From positions 496,001 through 560,000 of the forward strand of contig MU008179.1 of the NCBI GenBank assembly GCA_010909165.1: a DNA stretch of 64,000 nucleotides. Reading direction: 5' to 3'. Shown one piece after another: positions 38,345 to 51,734 of the stretch. The notes beneath the pieces are model-generated. The model was given only the letters and a program-made list of their open reading frames with translations, had not been told where the DNA came from and searched no databases. The DNA is from Anthoceros angustus. Lineage: Eukaryota > Plantae > Anthocerotophyta. The position numbers and the translations under genes were made by a program. The number at the start of each line of letters is the position of its first letter. The stretch's first letter is position 1.

Positions 38345-41201
38345 GCTGTCAAGTTCAAGGCTTTTCAAAAGTTTGCAAATACGCTAATACGGCGGAAGCA
38401 CTTGCGCCAGCCACCGCTATTGTGGACGGCAAGGTATCCAAGGGTCTCAAAGTTTTTGAAGAAGGAAGTGCGAGGGGCACACTCGCTACTGCCGATTCAA
38501 GACTGGCCAAAATCGTCAGCGATAAATTTGTAAAGATAATTGGCATTCTCGCGTCAGTTGATTCACTGGAGTCCCAGTGACAACATGGTCATAATCTTCA
38601 GGACGTGCTTTCTGGTTTGACTGTCACACAACACCAATTGTATATATAACAGCGCAGTCATGGAGCTCATGAGAGAGTCCGCTCACAGCTAGCTGCGCTC
38701 ATTAGTGGACTTGCAGGACAACACATGGGTGCCATGAGTCTTGGGCTCTCGCACAGCCTGTCCAGATACGAACTCAAATTTAGTCCTGATAAGGTGCGGA
38801 CCTGGGATGACCTTGTAGCGATTAGGTGGAGTTGGAATGCCAGGATCAGGTTTCCTTGTTAATTATTCTGTCTTTTCTGATGTTTCTTGCTCGTTTAAGA
38901 ATAGCGTCCAAGCTGAGTTCTCTTTGTTGTTTTGGTCATGGCGTTTCAGGTGGACACCATGATTGTCCAGGCTATTGGGCTTCTAGATGATTTGGATAAG
39001 GAATTGAATACATATGCTATGCGTGTTCGGGAATGGTATGGGTGGCACTTTCCAGAGCTGGGAAACATTGTTCAGGACAGCATTAAGTACGCAAAAGTAG
39101 TGAACTTGATGGGCAGTAGAGAGGTGTGGGCGAAATCGACGTCTCCGGAGTAAGAACTTGCCCTGCTGCATTGCATGCACTTGGTCTTGGTTGCTGGTCA
39201 GTTGACGTTGATTCAGCGCATGATGATGTGCTTGCTTTGCAGATTTTAGAGGAGGAGGTTGAGGCGGAAATGAAGGAAGCTGCTAACGTCTCCATGGGCA
39301 CAGCAGTTAGTCGGCACGATATGTTAAATATCAAAGCTCTTTGTGACCAAGTCATAGCCCTTGCAGAATACTGAGGCCAGTTATTGCAGAATACTGAGGC
39401 CAGTTATATGATTATCTGCGAACCAGAATGATTACCATTGCACCCAATCTAACTACAATGGTGGAGAGCTTGTTGGTGCCCGGTTGATCGCACATGCTGG
39501 GAGTCTTATCAACCTTGCCAAGCAACCAGCCAGTACTGTGCAGATCTTGGGTGCGGAAAAGGCGTGTCGCTGGTCTTGCAGTTGTGTCTGGCGGCCAAGG
39601 AGATGTGTGAGGGTGCGGTGAAGGCTTTGCAGGCTGAGGTGGCGCGGCTGACTGATGAGGCGGAGAGCAGCAGGTCGGAGATGGAGGAAAGGGATAGAGC
39701 TCGCTGGTCTGCTGAACAGAAGTCTGAAATGGCGGGGCAGGTGCGGGAGCAAGGGCACCGTGAGTCCGTCGCTGAGCAGCAGGTGCTTGTTATGAGTAGG
39801 AAGGTTGACAGCTGGTCTGCAGCTGTTTTGTGGTTATTTGGTTTTACGTCTTGACTTATGCTTGTGCCATCTGTGATGCAGGCTCTCTTCAGGGCTCTGA
39901 AGACAAAGCATGAGACTCAAAATATGGATTGATCTTTCATGCTTCACTCATTGGGCAGGCTCCCCGAAATTCGAAGGAAAATTGCTCGCGTTCTTGCTGC
40001 CAAATCTGCCCTGTCAACCCGTGTTGATGCTTTGGGAGATGATTCGAACTGCAGTATCGGTCTTGAAGATAGGCTGAAGGTTTGTGCTTTCTTACTGCAG
40101 CTGTGTCTGGATGAGAGTGGCTTGCGAGGTTCACAGTTCATCCGTGGAACTTGCATTAGGGTCCCGACGTTGTGACGTGTATTTTTATCATGTCTGATAT
40201 CAGGTGGAGGCCCGCCTAAGGAGTTTAGAGGAGAGCCCTGAAAAGTTAAGTGGGGCCTCTAAGGGAATGCTAAGATTGAGGCATATGACAAGGACCGAAA
40301 GAAGGATGCTCCGGGCCTGATAACCGCTGCCAAGGTATATCTGTCTTTTGAGCTCTCCTCTGCACGTTGTGAGAAATCAGAAGGAAAAGCCTGTTCTTTT
40401 AGTTGGGAGCTGCTGGGCCCCTATTGCTGTGATCTTCATGTGGGTTACCTACCTACCAGTGATGTCACCTAGGTGTTGTACCAGTGAGTGCAACTTTGTT
40501 GTGGCATGGCTAACTTAAGATTATGGTTTTGTTCAGTCATACAACCCAGCAGCCGACTCCACTGTGGGGCTGCCGCAGCCTGCGGAGACAGCAAGTGGTC
40601 AAGAAAGAAGAAGAAGAAGAAGCGTGAACCCGAAGAACCAGCAGCAGCGCCAGTAGCAGCTATTGAACCAGCTCCAGAAGAACCTCCGAAGAAGAAGAAG
40701 GAAACCCGCAGTAGAAGAGGTTGTGGTGACTCCGGTGCCGAGGAGGAACCGAAGGTTCTGTCTCGGTTCCTGTCTCTTGTTTAGCCCCGATACCCCTACT
40801 CACGTCCTTCGTGTTCTAAGTCTGTATTTCGCATGTCTCCAGAAGAAGAAGAAAGAGAAGGCTGCTGCTGCGACTGCCGTGGCAACTCCAACGCCACCAG
40901 TTGCAGACCAACAGCCGCCTGTGAAGGTGGTTGTCTTACCTCTTGTTGCTTTTGTCGCTGTACTCATCCATGAGAACTTGATCAACGTTCCCGCCCAAAT
41001 AGTGCGCCTCATTAACCCTGGGTTCCTTCTCCTCGGCAGAGCAAGAAAGAAAAGGCTGAGCAATCAGCTACAGAAAAGGTGACGACGAAAAGCGCAAAGT
41101 CGAGGTCACAGTTGAAAAGACGACAGTTGAGGCGATAAACGGGTCGGAGAGTGTCGAAGAAGAAGAAGAAGAAGAAGAAGAAGAAGAAGCAGGCGGACTA
41201 A
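38345..41201 (+). pseudogene. NOP58: NOP58 pseudogene, copy 3
   Basis: Same exons; TGA at 39372; private 23-bp duplication at 39361-39406. Confidence 0.88.
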
Positions 41202-42274
41202 TGTTAGACCTGACTCTCCCTCTTTCAGGCCTGGAGGATCCTCTCTTCTGGTGGGATGGAAGGCCTTAATTTTGCTTCCGTCACCTTGTTGGGTAGCCAA
41301 CAGTATGTATTGTTTATGGAAGTGTCTCCGGGACTCGGGGAGGTGTGCCCGGTCTATCTAGGGCGCACAACCGATTTTGTGAAGGCTTCTCATAGCCTAG
41401 AGTGGCTCTCCCAGGCAAGAAATGAGGCAGGCTTCCGCCCGCCGAGCGCGAGGTAGGTCTGTTGGGGTGCTAGTCAAGCGTGTGTTGCCATAGTAGCTGA
41501 GAATCTCTGTCACCTCACAGCGCCTAACGCCTCCCGGAGAAGGCCGCCGCCCGCGTGAACCCATGCGGGGCCCTATCTCCATCGTGCCCACATTTGTAAC
41601 CAATCCGGCAGCAGGGCACTTGTGGCTGCCAGCATTGTAAGTTATCAAATTTGCAGGTGTTTGATGAAATGGCAGGTGTAAATGCTATCGAGGGCGCTCA
41701 TGAGTCACCTGGCACCACTCTTATGATCTGACCGACAGTTTTTCCACGTGCTACGCCTGCCTCCAAGGTGGTTGGTGTAGCATAGTGCTTCTTAGCTCTT
41801 CATAAAGATGAAGTTGAGCTTTCTGACTCTTCAAAAAGGCGAAGTTGAGCTTTCTGGCTCGGCCTGCCACACAGACAGAGAAAGGCAAAGTTGAGCCGTA
41901 TTTGACCTAGGTACCATATATGTATAGCTCTGTTAATGAATGGGATGTAAATGAATGAATTAAGGAGGCAGAGCCTAAACGTGAGGAGCTTTGAAATTAT
42001 TGGTTCCCCAGGCCTGTTGCATTCCGATTGGAGGATTAGGAAGGGGCAAAAGCGGCAAGCAGGAAGCCCGGGCGCAAGGCGAGCATGGCTGCAGATGAGA
42101 TATTTTGATGCGTGGAAAGCGAGGATCAGATACACGCAAGGAAAGTGCACACTGCGCAGGCTCGTCAGCGAGCGGACTGGTACAAATAGCGGGCGGTTGG
42201 GCACTGCATTCCAACGATTTCATCCATCAATTTCAGCGCTTCCCGGGTCTCCGAGTCGTCGTGCGAATCGAGCC

Positions 42275-42918
42275 ATGGCAGCATCCCAGCTCCTGTTCCT
42301 GGCCGTGGCCATGGCGGCAGCAGCCCTGGTTGCAGGCGACGCGGAAGTGGTGGTGGATTTCTGCGTGACGGACCCGGCGCCCGGCAACTCCATCCGACCC
42401 ACCGGAAGCCCCTGCAAGGCTCTGGCCGACGTCAAGTCCTCCGACTTCAAGTTCACGCTGGTGCCGGGCGCCCCGGGCGGCCGCCTCAACTTCGGCGTCG
42501 CGGTGGGCTTCGCCGACCAGTGGGGCGGGCTCAACGGCCTGCAGGTTGCCATCGCGAGGCTGGATTTCGGAAAGGGCGGCCAGATCCTCCCACCACCACC
42601 CGCGCGCCACCGAGATCTTCTACGTGGTGAAGGGCAAGGTGCTGAACGGCTTCATCGACTCCGCCGGCACCCTGTACGAGGAGGTGTTGAGCGCGGGCCA
42701 GGCCTTCGTCTTCCCCAGAGGCCTCATCCACTACCAGCAGAACGTGGGCAAGGGCCCCGCCTACGGCATCTCCTCCTTCAACAGCCAGAGCCCCGGCCTG
42801 CAGCTCACATTCAACGCCGTCCTCGAATCCAACCCCTCATTTCCTCCAAGGATCTCGCCCAAACTCTCAACGTCAAGAAGAGCGAGGTCGACTCCTGCGC
42901 AAGGCCTTTGGAGCCTAA
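42275..42918 (+). CDS. Germin-like protein, copy 4
   Basis: Same motifs as copy 1. Confidence 0.9.
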
Positions 42919-44726
42919 TCGTTCAGCACCTGTCCGCCTCCGGATCCGGAGCTTCCTCGTTCAGGTCCCTAGTGTGTCCCCAGTTGTTCCCAGTCCTAGT
43001 CCAGTCCGGTGACACCAGTGATAGGGATATGTAAGCAAGCGCACCGATTAATGCTCGCTGCGGATTTGATCTTTTGCTTTTCCTTGGGGAGACAGTCACG
43101 GCCCAGGCCTGGCTGTGCCAGTGGTAGCCATCTCCTCAACGTTTTACATTTTATCACATGACCTTGTGTGAGCACACGTCCCTCTCGGCAACCCAGTGCC
43201 GTACACTCTACGCCCATGAGTTTACTCGTAAACCCTTGGCCTGCATGTGTGCTTTGTGGTGCTAGGTGCGCAAGCTAGTGTTCCATCGTTGTTCAGCAGA
43301 CGACTGAATCAGGAACAATGTTCTCGAAACCGGAAGATCAGCAGCCGCATGCGCCCGCACCATGCTTCCGGATATGGAACAAGGGTTGAGAGATGCAGGT
43401 TGTGCGATAAAGGACTTCAGCTACGTCCGAATATCGGAAGGACAACGTACCCACACCTCCCACGTGCGCCATGTCTCCGAGTCCCGAACAATATTCGCAA
43501 GATCCGTTTTGGTCTTGCACCGTGTCCCGACGCCATCCTTCAGACAATCCCGTTTGGAAGGGCTTCCTTGGTCAGGAACCAGACCTGTTCGCCCATAATA
43601 TGGTTTAAAGCCTTTTGACCCATAATATGTTCTGCGCCTCTCCCAAGGTGGCTCCTGCAGCAAAGTGCACTTTGCCTCGGCTCACAACTGCATTGAAGGC
43701 TGTCAATATTAAAATATTGAAGGCTGTCAATATTAAATGATGTACGCAGGCATGATGTAGGTATCAGGAGGCAGATATGCCTGCAATGCATGTCAGTGGC
43801 CGCAGATTGGTGAACTTGTTGGTTAGCCCTGAAAGCTGCAAGCAGAACAAGGAGAAGGTATGTGGGCAAGGGCCCCGCCTACGTGGCCAGAACTTGGGCG
43901 GGCCCCTTGCCCAGCCAGATTGAATAAAAGTCTTCTCAGCTTATCTGCATACTCAAAGGCCCCAGCAAAGCTGCAATTGCAAGCAGGAAGCCCGGGCGCA
44001 AAGCGAGCATGGCTGCATATGAGATATTTTGTTGCGTGGAAAGCGAGAGTCAGATACACGTAGGAAAGTCCTCTTCAAAGCTGCAATTGCCTTGCAAGCA
44101 GGAAGCCCGGGCGCAAAGCCAGCATGGCGGCCCATGGGATTACATGATTTGATGCGTGGAATTTGAAAGCATGGGTCAGATACATGGAGGGTCGAGACTC
44201 AAAGTATTGGAATAGAACATCCTAGATAGATGGGCACATCCCAGATGTGAACAGTCACGCCCTTTCGGGGTGACTACAAAAACACAACGTACCCAAGGCA
44301 TTGACTCTTTCCTAATCATTCTTCCTTCTCCTCCATCCCTCTCCACATACGCATAGATTGATCTGCCTGATTTCCTATACAAAGCGCACATGAACATTGC
44401 ACACTGCACAGGCTCGTAAGCCAACGAACTGGTACAAAAAGCGGGCCGTTGGTCACTGCATTCCAGGTATCCAGCCACGTCATCTCCTCTCGTCGTCTGG
44501 ATCGAGCCATGGCCGCATCCCGGCTCCTGCAGCGGCGACGGTCGCAGGCGACGCGGAACTGGCGCTGGACTTCTGCGTAACGGACCCGCCGTCCGGCAAC
44601 TCCATCCGGCCCACCGGAGGCGCCTGCACCATGGCCGCATCCCGGCTCCTGTTCCTGGCCCTGGCCATGGCAGCAGCAGCCATGCTCCCAGGCGACTTTC
44701 TGCTCATTATACTCCTTCCACCGCAG

Positions 44727-47402
44727 GCTGTCAAGTTCAAGGCTTTTCAAAAGTTTGCAAATACGCTAATACGGCGGAAGCACTTGCGGCAGCCACCGCT
44801 ATTGTGGACGGCAAGGTATCCAAGGGTCTCAAAGTTTTTGAAGAAGGAAGTGCGAGGGGGCATACTCGCTACTGCCGATTCAAGACTGGCCAAAATCGTC
44901 AGCGATAAATTTGTAAAGATAATTGGCATTCTCGCGTCAGTTGATTCACTGGAGTCCCAGTGACAACATGGTCATAATCTTCAGGACGTGCTTTCTGGTT
45001 TGACTGTCACACAACACCAATTGTATATATAACAGCGCAGTCATGGACCTCATGAGAGGAGTCCGCTCACAGCTAGCTGCGCTCATTAGTGGACTTGCAG
45101 GACAACACATGGGTGCCATGAGTCTTGGGCTCTCGCACAGCCTGTCCAGCTACGAACTCAAATTTAGTCCTGATAAGGTGCGGACCTGGGATGACCTTGT
45201 AGCGATTAGGTGGAGTTGGAATGCCAGGATCGGGTTTCCTTGTTAATTATTCTGTCTTTTCTGATGTTTCTTGCTCGTTTAAGAATAGCGTCCAAGCTGA
45301 GTTCTCTTTGTTGTTTTGGTCATGGCGTTTCAGGTGGACACCATGATTGTCCAGGCTATTGGGCTTCTAGATGATTTGGATAAGGAATTGAATACATATG
45401 CTATGCGTGTTCGGGAATGGTATGGGTGGCACTTTCCAGAGCTGGGAAACATTGTTCAGGACAGCATTAAGTACGCAAAAGTAGTGAACTTGATGGGCAG
45501 TAGAGAGTGTGGGCGAAATCGACGTCTCCGGAGTAAGAACTTGCCCTGCTGCATTGCATGCACTTGGTCTTGGTTGCTGGTCAGTTGACGTTGATTCAGC
45601 GCATGATGATGTGCTTGCTTTGCAGATTTTAGAGGAGGAGGTTGAGGCGGAAATGAAGGAAGCTGCTAACGTCTCCATGGGCACAGCAGTTAGTCGGCAC
45701 GATATGTTAAATATCAAAGCTCTTTGTGACCAAGTCATAGCCCTTGCAGAATACTGAGGCCAGTTATATGATTATCTGCGAACCAGAATGATTACCATTG
45801 CACCCAATCTAACTACAATGGTGGGAGAGCTTGTTGGTGCCCGTTGATCGCACATGCTGGGAGTCTTATCAACCTTGCCAAGCAACCAGCCAGTACTGTG
45901 CAGATCTTGGGTGCGGAAAAGGCGTGTCGCTGGTCTTGCAGTTGTGTCTGGCGGCCAAGGAGATGTGTGAGGGTGCGGTGAAGGCTTTGCAGGCTGAGGT
46001 GGCGCGGCTGACTGATGAGGCGGAGAGGAGCAGGTCGGAGATGGAGGAAAGGGATAGAGCTCGCTGGTCTGCTGAACAGAAGTCTGAAATGGCGGGGCAG
46101 GTGCAGGAGCAAGGGCACCGTGAGTCCGTCGCTGAGCAGCAGGTGCTTGTTATGAGTAGGAAGGTTGACAGCTGGTCTGCAGCTGTTTTGTGGTTATTTG
46201 GTTTTACGTCTTGACTTATGCTTGTGCCATCTGTGATGCAGGCTCTCTTCAGGGCTCTGAAGACAAAGCATGAGACTCAAAATATGGATTGATCTTTCAT
46301 GCTTCACTCATTGGGCAGGCTCCCCGAAATTCGAAGGAAAATTGCTCGCGTTCTTGCTGCCAAATCTGCCCTGTCAACCCGTGTTGATGCTTTGGGAGAT
46401 GATTCGAACTGCAGTATCGGTCTTGAAGATAGGCTGAAGGTTTGTGCTTTCTTACTGCAGCTGTGTCTGGATGAGAGTGGCTTGCGAGGTTCACAGTTCA
46501 TCCGTGGAACTTGCATTAGGGTCCCGACGTTGTGACGTGTATTTTTATCATGTCTGATATCAGGTGGAGGCCCGCCTAAGGAGTTTAGAGGAGAGCCCTG
46601 AAAAGTTAAGTGGGGCCTCTAAGGGAATGCTAAGATTGAGGCATATGACAAGGACCGAAGAAGGATGCTCCGGGCCTGATAACCGCTGCCAAGGTATATC
46701 TGTCTTTGAGCTCTCCTCTGCATGTTGAGAGAAACCAGAAGGAAAAGCCTGTTCTTTTAGTTGGGAGCTGCTGGGCCCCTATTGCTGTGATCTTCATGTG
46801 GGTTACCTACCTACCAGTGATGTCACCTAGGTGTTGTACCAGTGAGTGCAACTTTGTTGTGGCATGGCTAACCTAAGATTATGGTTTTGTTCAGTCATAC
46901 AGCCCAGCAGCCGACTCCACTGTGGGGCTGCCGCAGCCTGCGGAGACAGCAAGTGGTCAAGAAAGAAGAAGAAGAAGAAGCGTGAGCCCGAAGAACCAGC
47001 AGCAGCGCCAGTAGCAGCTATTGAACCAGCTCCAGAAGAACCTCCGAAGAAGAAGCAGAGGAAACCCGCAGTAGAAGAGGTTGTGGTGACTCCGGTGCCG
47101 AGGAGCAACCGAAGGTTCTGTCTCGGTTCCTGTCTCTTGTTTAACCCCGATACCCCTACTCACGTCCTTCGTGTTCTAAGTCTGTATTTCGCATGTCTCC
47201 AGAAGAAGAAGAAAGAGAAGGCTGCTGCTGAGACTGCCGTGGCAACTCCAACGCCACCAGTTGCAGACCAACAGCAGCCTGTGAAGGTGGTTGTCTTACC
47301 TCTTGTTGCTTTTGTCGCTGTATTCATCCATGAGAACTTGATCAACGTTCCCGCCCAAATAGTGCGCCTCATTAACCCTGGGTTCCTTCTCCTCAGCAGA
47401 GC
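44727..47402 (+). pseudogene. NOP58: NOP58 pseudogene, copy 4, interrupted by Copia-B (last exon at 59682-59825)
   Basis: Same exons; TGA at 45755; the insertion sits at the last acceptor. Confidence 0.88.
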
Positions 47403-48228
47403 TGTAGAGGTTATGGCTATTAGAGCCCTAGTTAGGGCACGTTTGAAGATTATACTTTGATTATTACTTAAGTTAATGTGATATGAATAGGCATCTTAGA
47501 TTCAGTTTTATAACTACTTTTATATGGTCTTCAAAACATTATCTTGGTTCACTTTTTCAATTCATACACTCTTTGTTCTACGCTTCCGTGAAATCCATGT
47601 GCCTTCACATGGTATCGATCATACAATCTCTTATGTCAATTTGTAGCATGTTGTTCAAATGCTAGCAAAATGCCTAAACGCAGTAGAATTTCTAGGCACT
47701 TAATTGAAGATTACCCATCTAGTAGCCAAAGAAACCCTCATCGGGTACAACAAATTTATAGACCTGCACCTAGACATTGCGGATGTAATCCAAGATTGGA
47801 ATCCATCATCAGCACTAGACAAACTAGTTATCAATCCACACGAGCCTTGAATTACATATAGAGGCCATAGAATCTGTCAACTCCAAATTTGGGCATTTCT
47901 TCAAGACTTTGAGAAGTGTCACCGTCTAGCATCGAACTTCATGAAGTTGATCACTCCAAGGCAATCGAAATAACCAACACTGGTATTACACCATTTAGAT
48001 CAAAAGGTCTCACAACTTTTAGATTGAATCATAAGGCAATGCGTAATAGAAAGAAAAATAGCTACAAATGGGAATGTACCCAATATCCAATGTATGGAAA
48101 ATATGTTGTCTAATCTTGCTGTAAATGAGTTGTCGGGTCTAGATTAATTAGGATTAGGTTAGAAATCACGGATGTGGTCACCCCACACGAGCGTATAAAC
48201 ACATCAAATATCCTCGAACAAATGTTTC

Positions 48229-51200
48229 TCCACCCTCAAACATGGCCTCGGCAAACACCTCCTCAACTACCTCAAATACCTCCACGACAACAACAACAAT
48301 CAACAACACAATTAAGATTGATTTTAAGGAAAAATGATTCTCGTGAAGATTACGACATTTGGTCCATGCGTATGCGTTCCATTCTTGAGGACAATGACCT
48401 CGGATCCACGGATGGCACTTATCCCAAACTGTCACAACAAGAACAAATCCGGCGCAGTTGGTTAGCGGCATGGGAGAAGACCGATAGAAAAGCAAGAAAT
48501 GTGATCTTATGGACTTGATAGGACCACGCTCATCACGTGGCGGGCGATGCAGCCATAGCATGGACCAACTGAACCAACTCTACGACGCAAGATGCAATGA
48601 GCGTAATAAATGCAACAAAGGCATTTTACCAAATGCGAGATGGGTGAAAGTGAAGTCGTTTCCGAACACATAAAGAAGTTCGAGGCAGCCAGCTCGATTG
48701 GCATCTTGTGGGATGGCGTTTCGAGGCTCAAGCGACCATAGCTTTGCTAAGTTCTCTTCGGCTTATCGTACCTTCAAGGCGACACAAAATGGAGTCATAA
48801 AACAAGCACAACAGCCAAAGGGGCAAGGTTCGGATTTCACCACATCGAAGTAATTGGGGCTCTCATGAGGAAGAAGCCATACGTGGTCAGTCACATCAAA
48901 TGCTACACCCAAGGTCAAGCTCTCTTTGTAGTGCAGGCGGAGGAGAGGGGCGAGGGGCCGGACGAGGCCATCCTCCTTACAACAACAGGCCATCTTCATC
49001 ATCTTCAGCACCAAGGAGGAAAGGAGCACGCCATTGGTGCCAAGTAGAAGGCCATTACGAAAAAGAGTGTAAGAAAAAGGTGGAGAGCCTAGGAGAGGAC
49101 TACCACCTTCAACAAATATTGTACAACCGTGACGACGGACTCTCCTTGGGGTTAGGAAAAAGATTCTCGAGGCGATTCGACATTTGGTCCATGCGTATGC
49201 GCTCCATTCTTGAGGACAATGACCTCTCGACAGTCACGGATGGCACTTATCCCAAACCTGTCACAACAGGAACAAATCCAGCATCAGCAGCGGATTTAGC
49301 GGTACGGGAGAAGACCGATAGAAAAGCAAGAAATGTGATCTTATCTGGACTTGATAGGACCACTGCTCATCACGTGACAGGGGCTGTAGATGCAGCCATA
49401 GCATGGACCAACCTGAACCAACTCTACGACGCAAGATGCAATGAGCGTAATAAATGCAACAAAGGCATTTTACCAAATGCGAGATGGGTGAAAGTGAAAG
49501 CGTTTCCGAACACATAAAGAAGTTCGAGGCAGCCAGCTCGATTGGCATCTTGTGGGATGGCGTTTCGAGGCTCAAGCGACCATAGCTTTGCTAAGTTCTC
49601 TTCGGCTTATCGTACCTTCAAGGCGACACAAAATGGAGTCATAAAACAAGCACAACAGCCAAAGGGGCAAGGTTCGGATTTCACCACATCGAAGTAATTG
49701 GGGCTCTCATGAGGAAGAAGCCATACGTGGTCAGTCACATCAAATGCTACACCCAAGGTCAAGCTCTCTTTGTAGTGCAGGCGGAGGAGGCGGAGGGAAG
49801 AGCGCGGAGGCGGAGGTCATTCTTCAAACAACAGGCCATCTTCATCATCTTCAGCACCAAGGAGGAAAGGAGCACGCCATTGGTGCCAAGTAGAAGGCCA
49901 TTACGAAAAAGAGTGTAAGAAAAAGGTGGAGAGCCTAGGAGAGGACTACCACCTTCAACAAATATTGTACAACCGTGACGACGGACTCTCCTTGGGGTTA
50001 GGAAAAAGATTCTCGAGGCGATTCGACATTTGGTCCATGCGTATCGTTCCATTCTTGAGGACAATGACCTCCGGATCCAGATGGCACTTATCCCAAACTG
50101 TCACAACAAGAACAAATCCGGCATCGGATTTAGCGGCATGGGAGAAGACCGATAGAAAAGCAAGAAATGTGATCTTATCGGACTTGATAGGACCACGCTC
50201 ATCACGTGACGTAGATGCAGCCATAGCATGGACCAACTGAACCAACTCTACGACGCAAGATGCAATGAGCGTAATAAATGCAACAAAGGCATTTTACCAA
50301 ATGCGAGATGGGTGAAAGTGAAGTCGTTTCCGAACACATAAAGAAGTTCGGGCAGCACGATTCGATTGGCATCTTGTGGGATGGCGTTGGTGAGGCTCAA
50401 GCGACCATAGCTTTGCTAAGTTCTCTTGGCGCTTATCGTACCTTCAAGACGACACAAAATGGAGTCATAAAACAAGCACAACTTGCAGCCAAAAGGGGGC
50501 AAGGTTCGGATTTCACCACATCAGAAGTAATTGGGGCTCTCATAGAGGAAGAAGCCATACGTGGTCATGTCACATCAAATGCTACACCCAAGGTCAAGCT
50601 CTCTTTGTAGTGCAGGCGGAGGCGGAGGCGGAGGAGGCGGGGGACGAGGCCATCCTCCTTACAACAACAGGCCATCTTCATCATCTTCAGCACCAAGGAG
50701 GAAAGGAGCACGCCATTGGTGCCAAGTAGAAGGCCATTACGAAAAAGAGTGTAAGAAAAAGGCTGGAGAGCCTAGGAGAGGACTACCACCTTCAACAAAT
50801 ATTGTACAACCGTGACGACGGACTCTCCTTGGGGTTAGGAAATAAGCCGGGTTTGTTTTTTTCGTAGGTATGGAGTATAAAATAAGACGGAAAGGGAGGA
50901 ATAAGCACGGACGGACTCTCCTTGGGGTTAGGAATAAGCCGGGTTTGTTTTTTTCGTAGGTATGGAGTGTAAAATAAGACGGAAAGGGAGGAATAAGCAG
51001 GGACGGTACTCCGGACTGTACTCCGGACTGCCTCGGACTTCGGGGTAGGTAACGGACCACAAACCCACTCAGAGGACCTCCGGACTACGAGTATCGAGGA
51101 TAAGTCCGGACCCCACTCCGGATCAAAGCAGGATAAATCGCCCAAGAAAGTAACTTAGAAGTTGGAGCGTGAGTTAGGCAGGCGCCACGTGGATGGTCTT

Positions 51201-51734
51201 GAGTGATAGACGGGCATGCAGCACCAGACCGTAGCATTGCCGGTGGCGTTATGGCGGTATTCACGCTCCGGGTACATGGCGTAAGGCGAGTGGCCAGGCG
51301 TAAGGCGAGTGAGCCATGCGAGGCTCAGCGACCATAGCTTTGCTAAGTTCTCTTCGCGATTATCGTACCTTCAAGGCGACACAAAATGGAGTCATAAAAC
51401 AAGCACAACTTGCAGCCAAAGGGGCAAGGTTGGATTTCACCACATCAAGTAATTGGGGCTCTCATAGAGGAAGAAGCCATACGTGGTTTGTCACATCAAA
51501 TGCTACACCCAAGGTCAAGCTCTCTTTGTAGTGCAGGCGGAGGCGGAGGCGGAGGCGAGGGGCCGGACGAGGCCATCCTCCTTACAACAACAGCCATCTT
51601 CATCATCTTCAGCACCAAGGAGGAAAGGAGCACGCCATTGGTGCCAAGTAGAAGGCCATTACGAAAAGAGTGTCGTAAGAAAAAGGCTGGAGAGCCTAGG
51701 AGAGGACTACCACCTTCAACAAATATTGTACAAC
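48229..51734 (+). repeat. Copia-B gag present as about 3.5 reiterated segments, each running into the start of element C
   Basis: YDIWSMRMRSILED and zinc knuckle (W)CQVEGHYEKEC recur; junctions at ~49155, ~50000 and ~51320 fall on short microhomologies. Confidence 0.8.

Larger units (their letters stand above)
21964..47402 (+). repeat. Tandem array of four ~6.35 kb germin/NOP58 units (starting 21964, 28294, 34646, 41038)
   Basis: Germin ATGs at 23181, 29531, 35885 and 42275 (spacing 6350, 6354, 6390); units are near-identical. Confidence 0.96.

Noticed and set aside
41951-43012. Long 353-aa germin ORF with N-terminal extension
   Set aside because: Upstream read-through of promoter sequence plus a frameshifted tail; the signal-peptide ATG is at 42275
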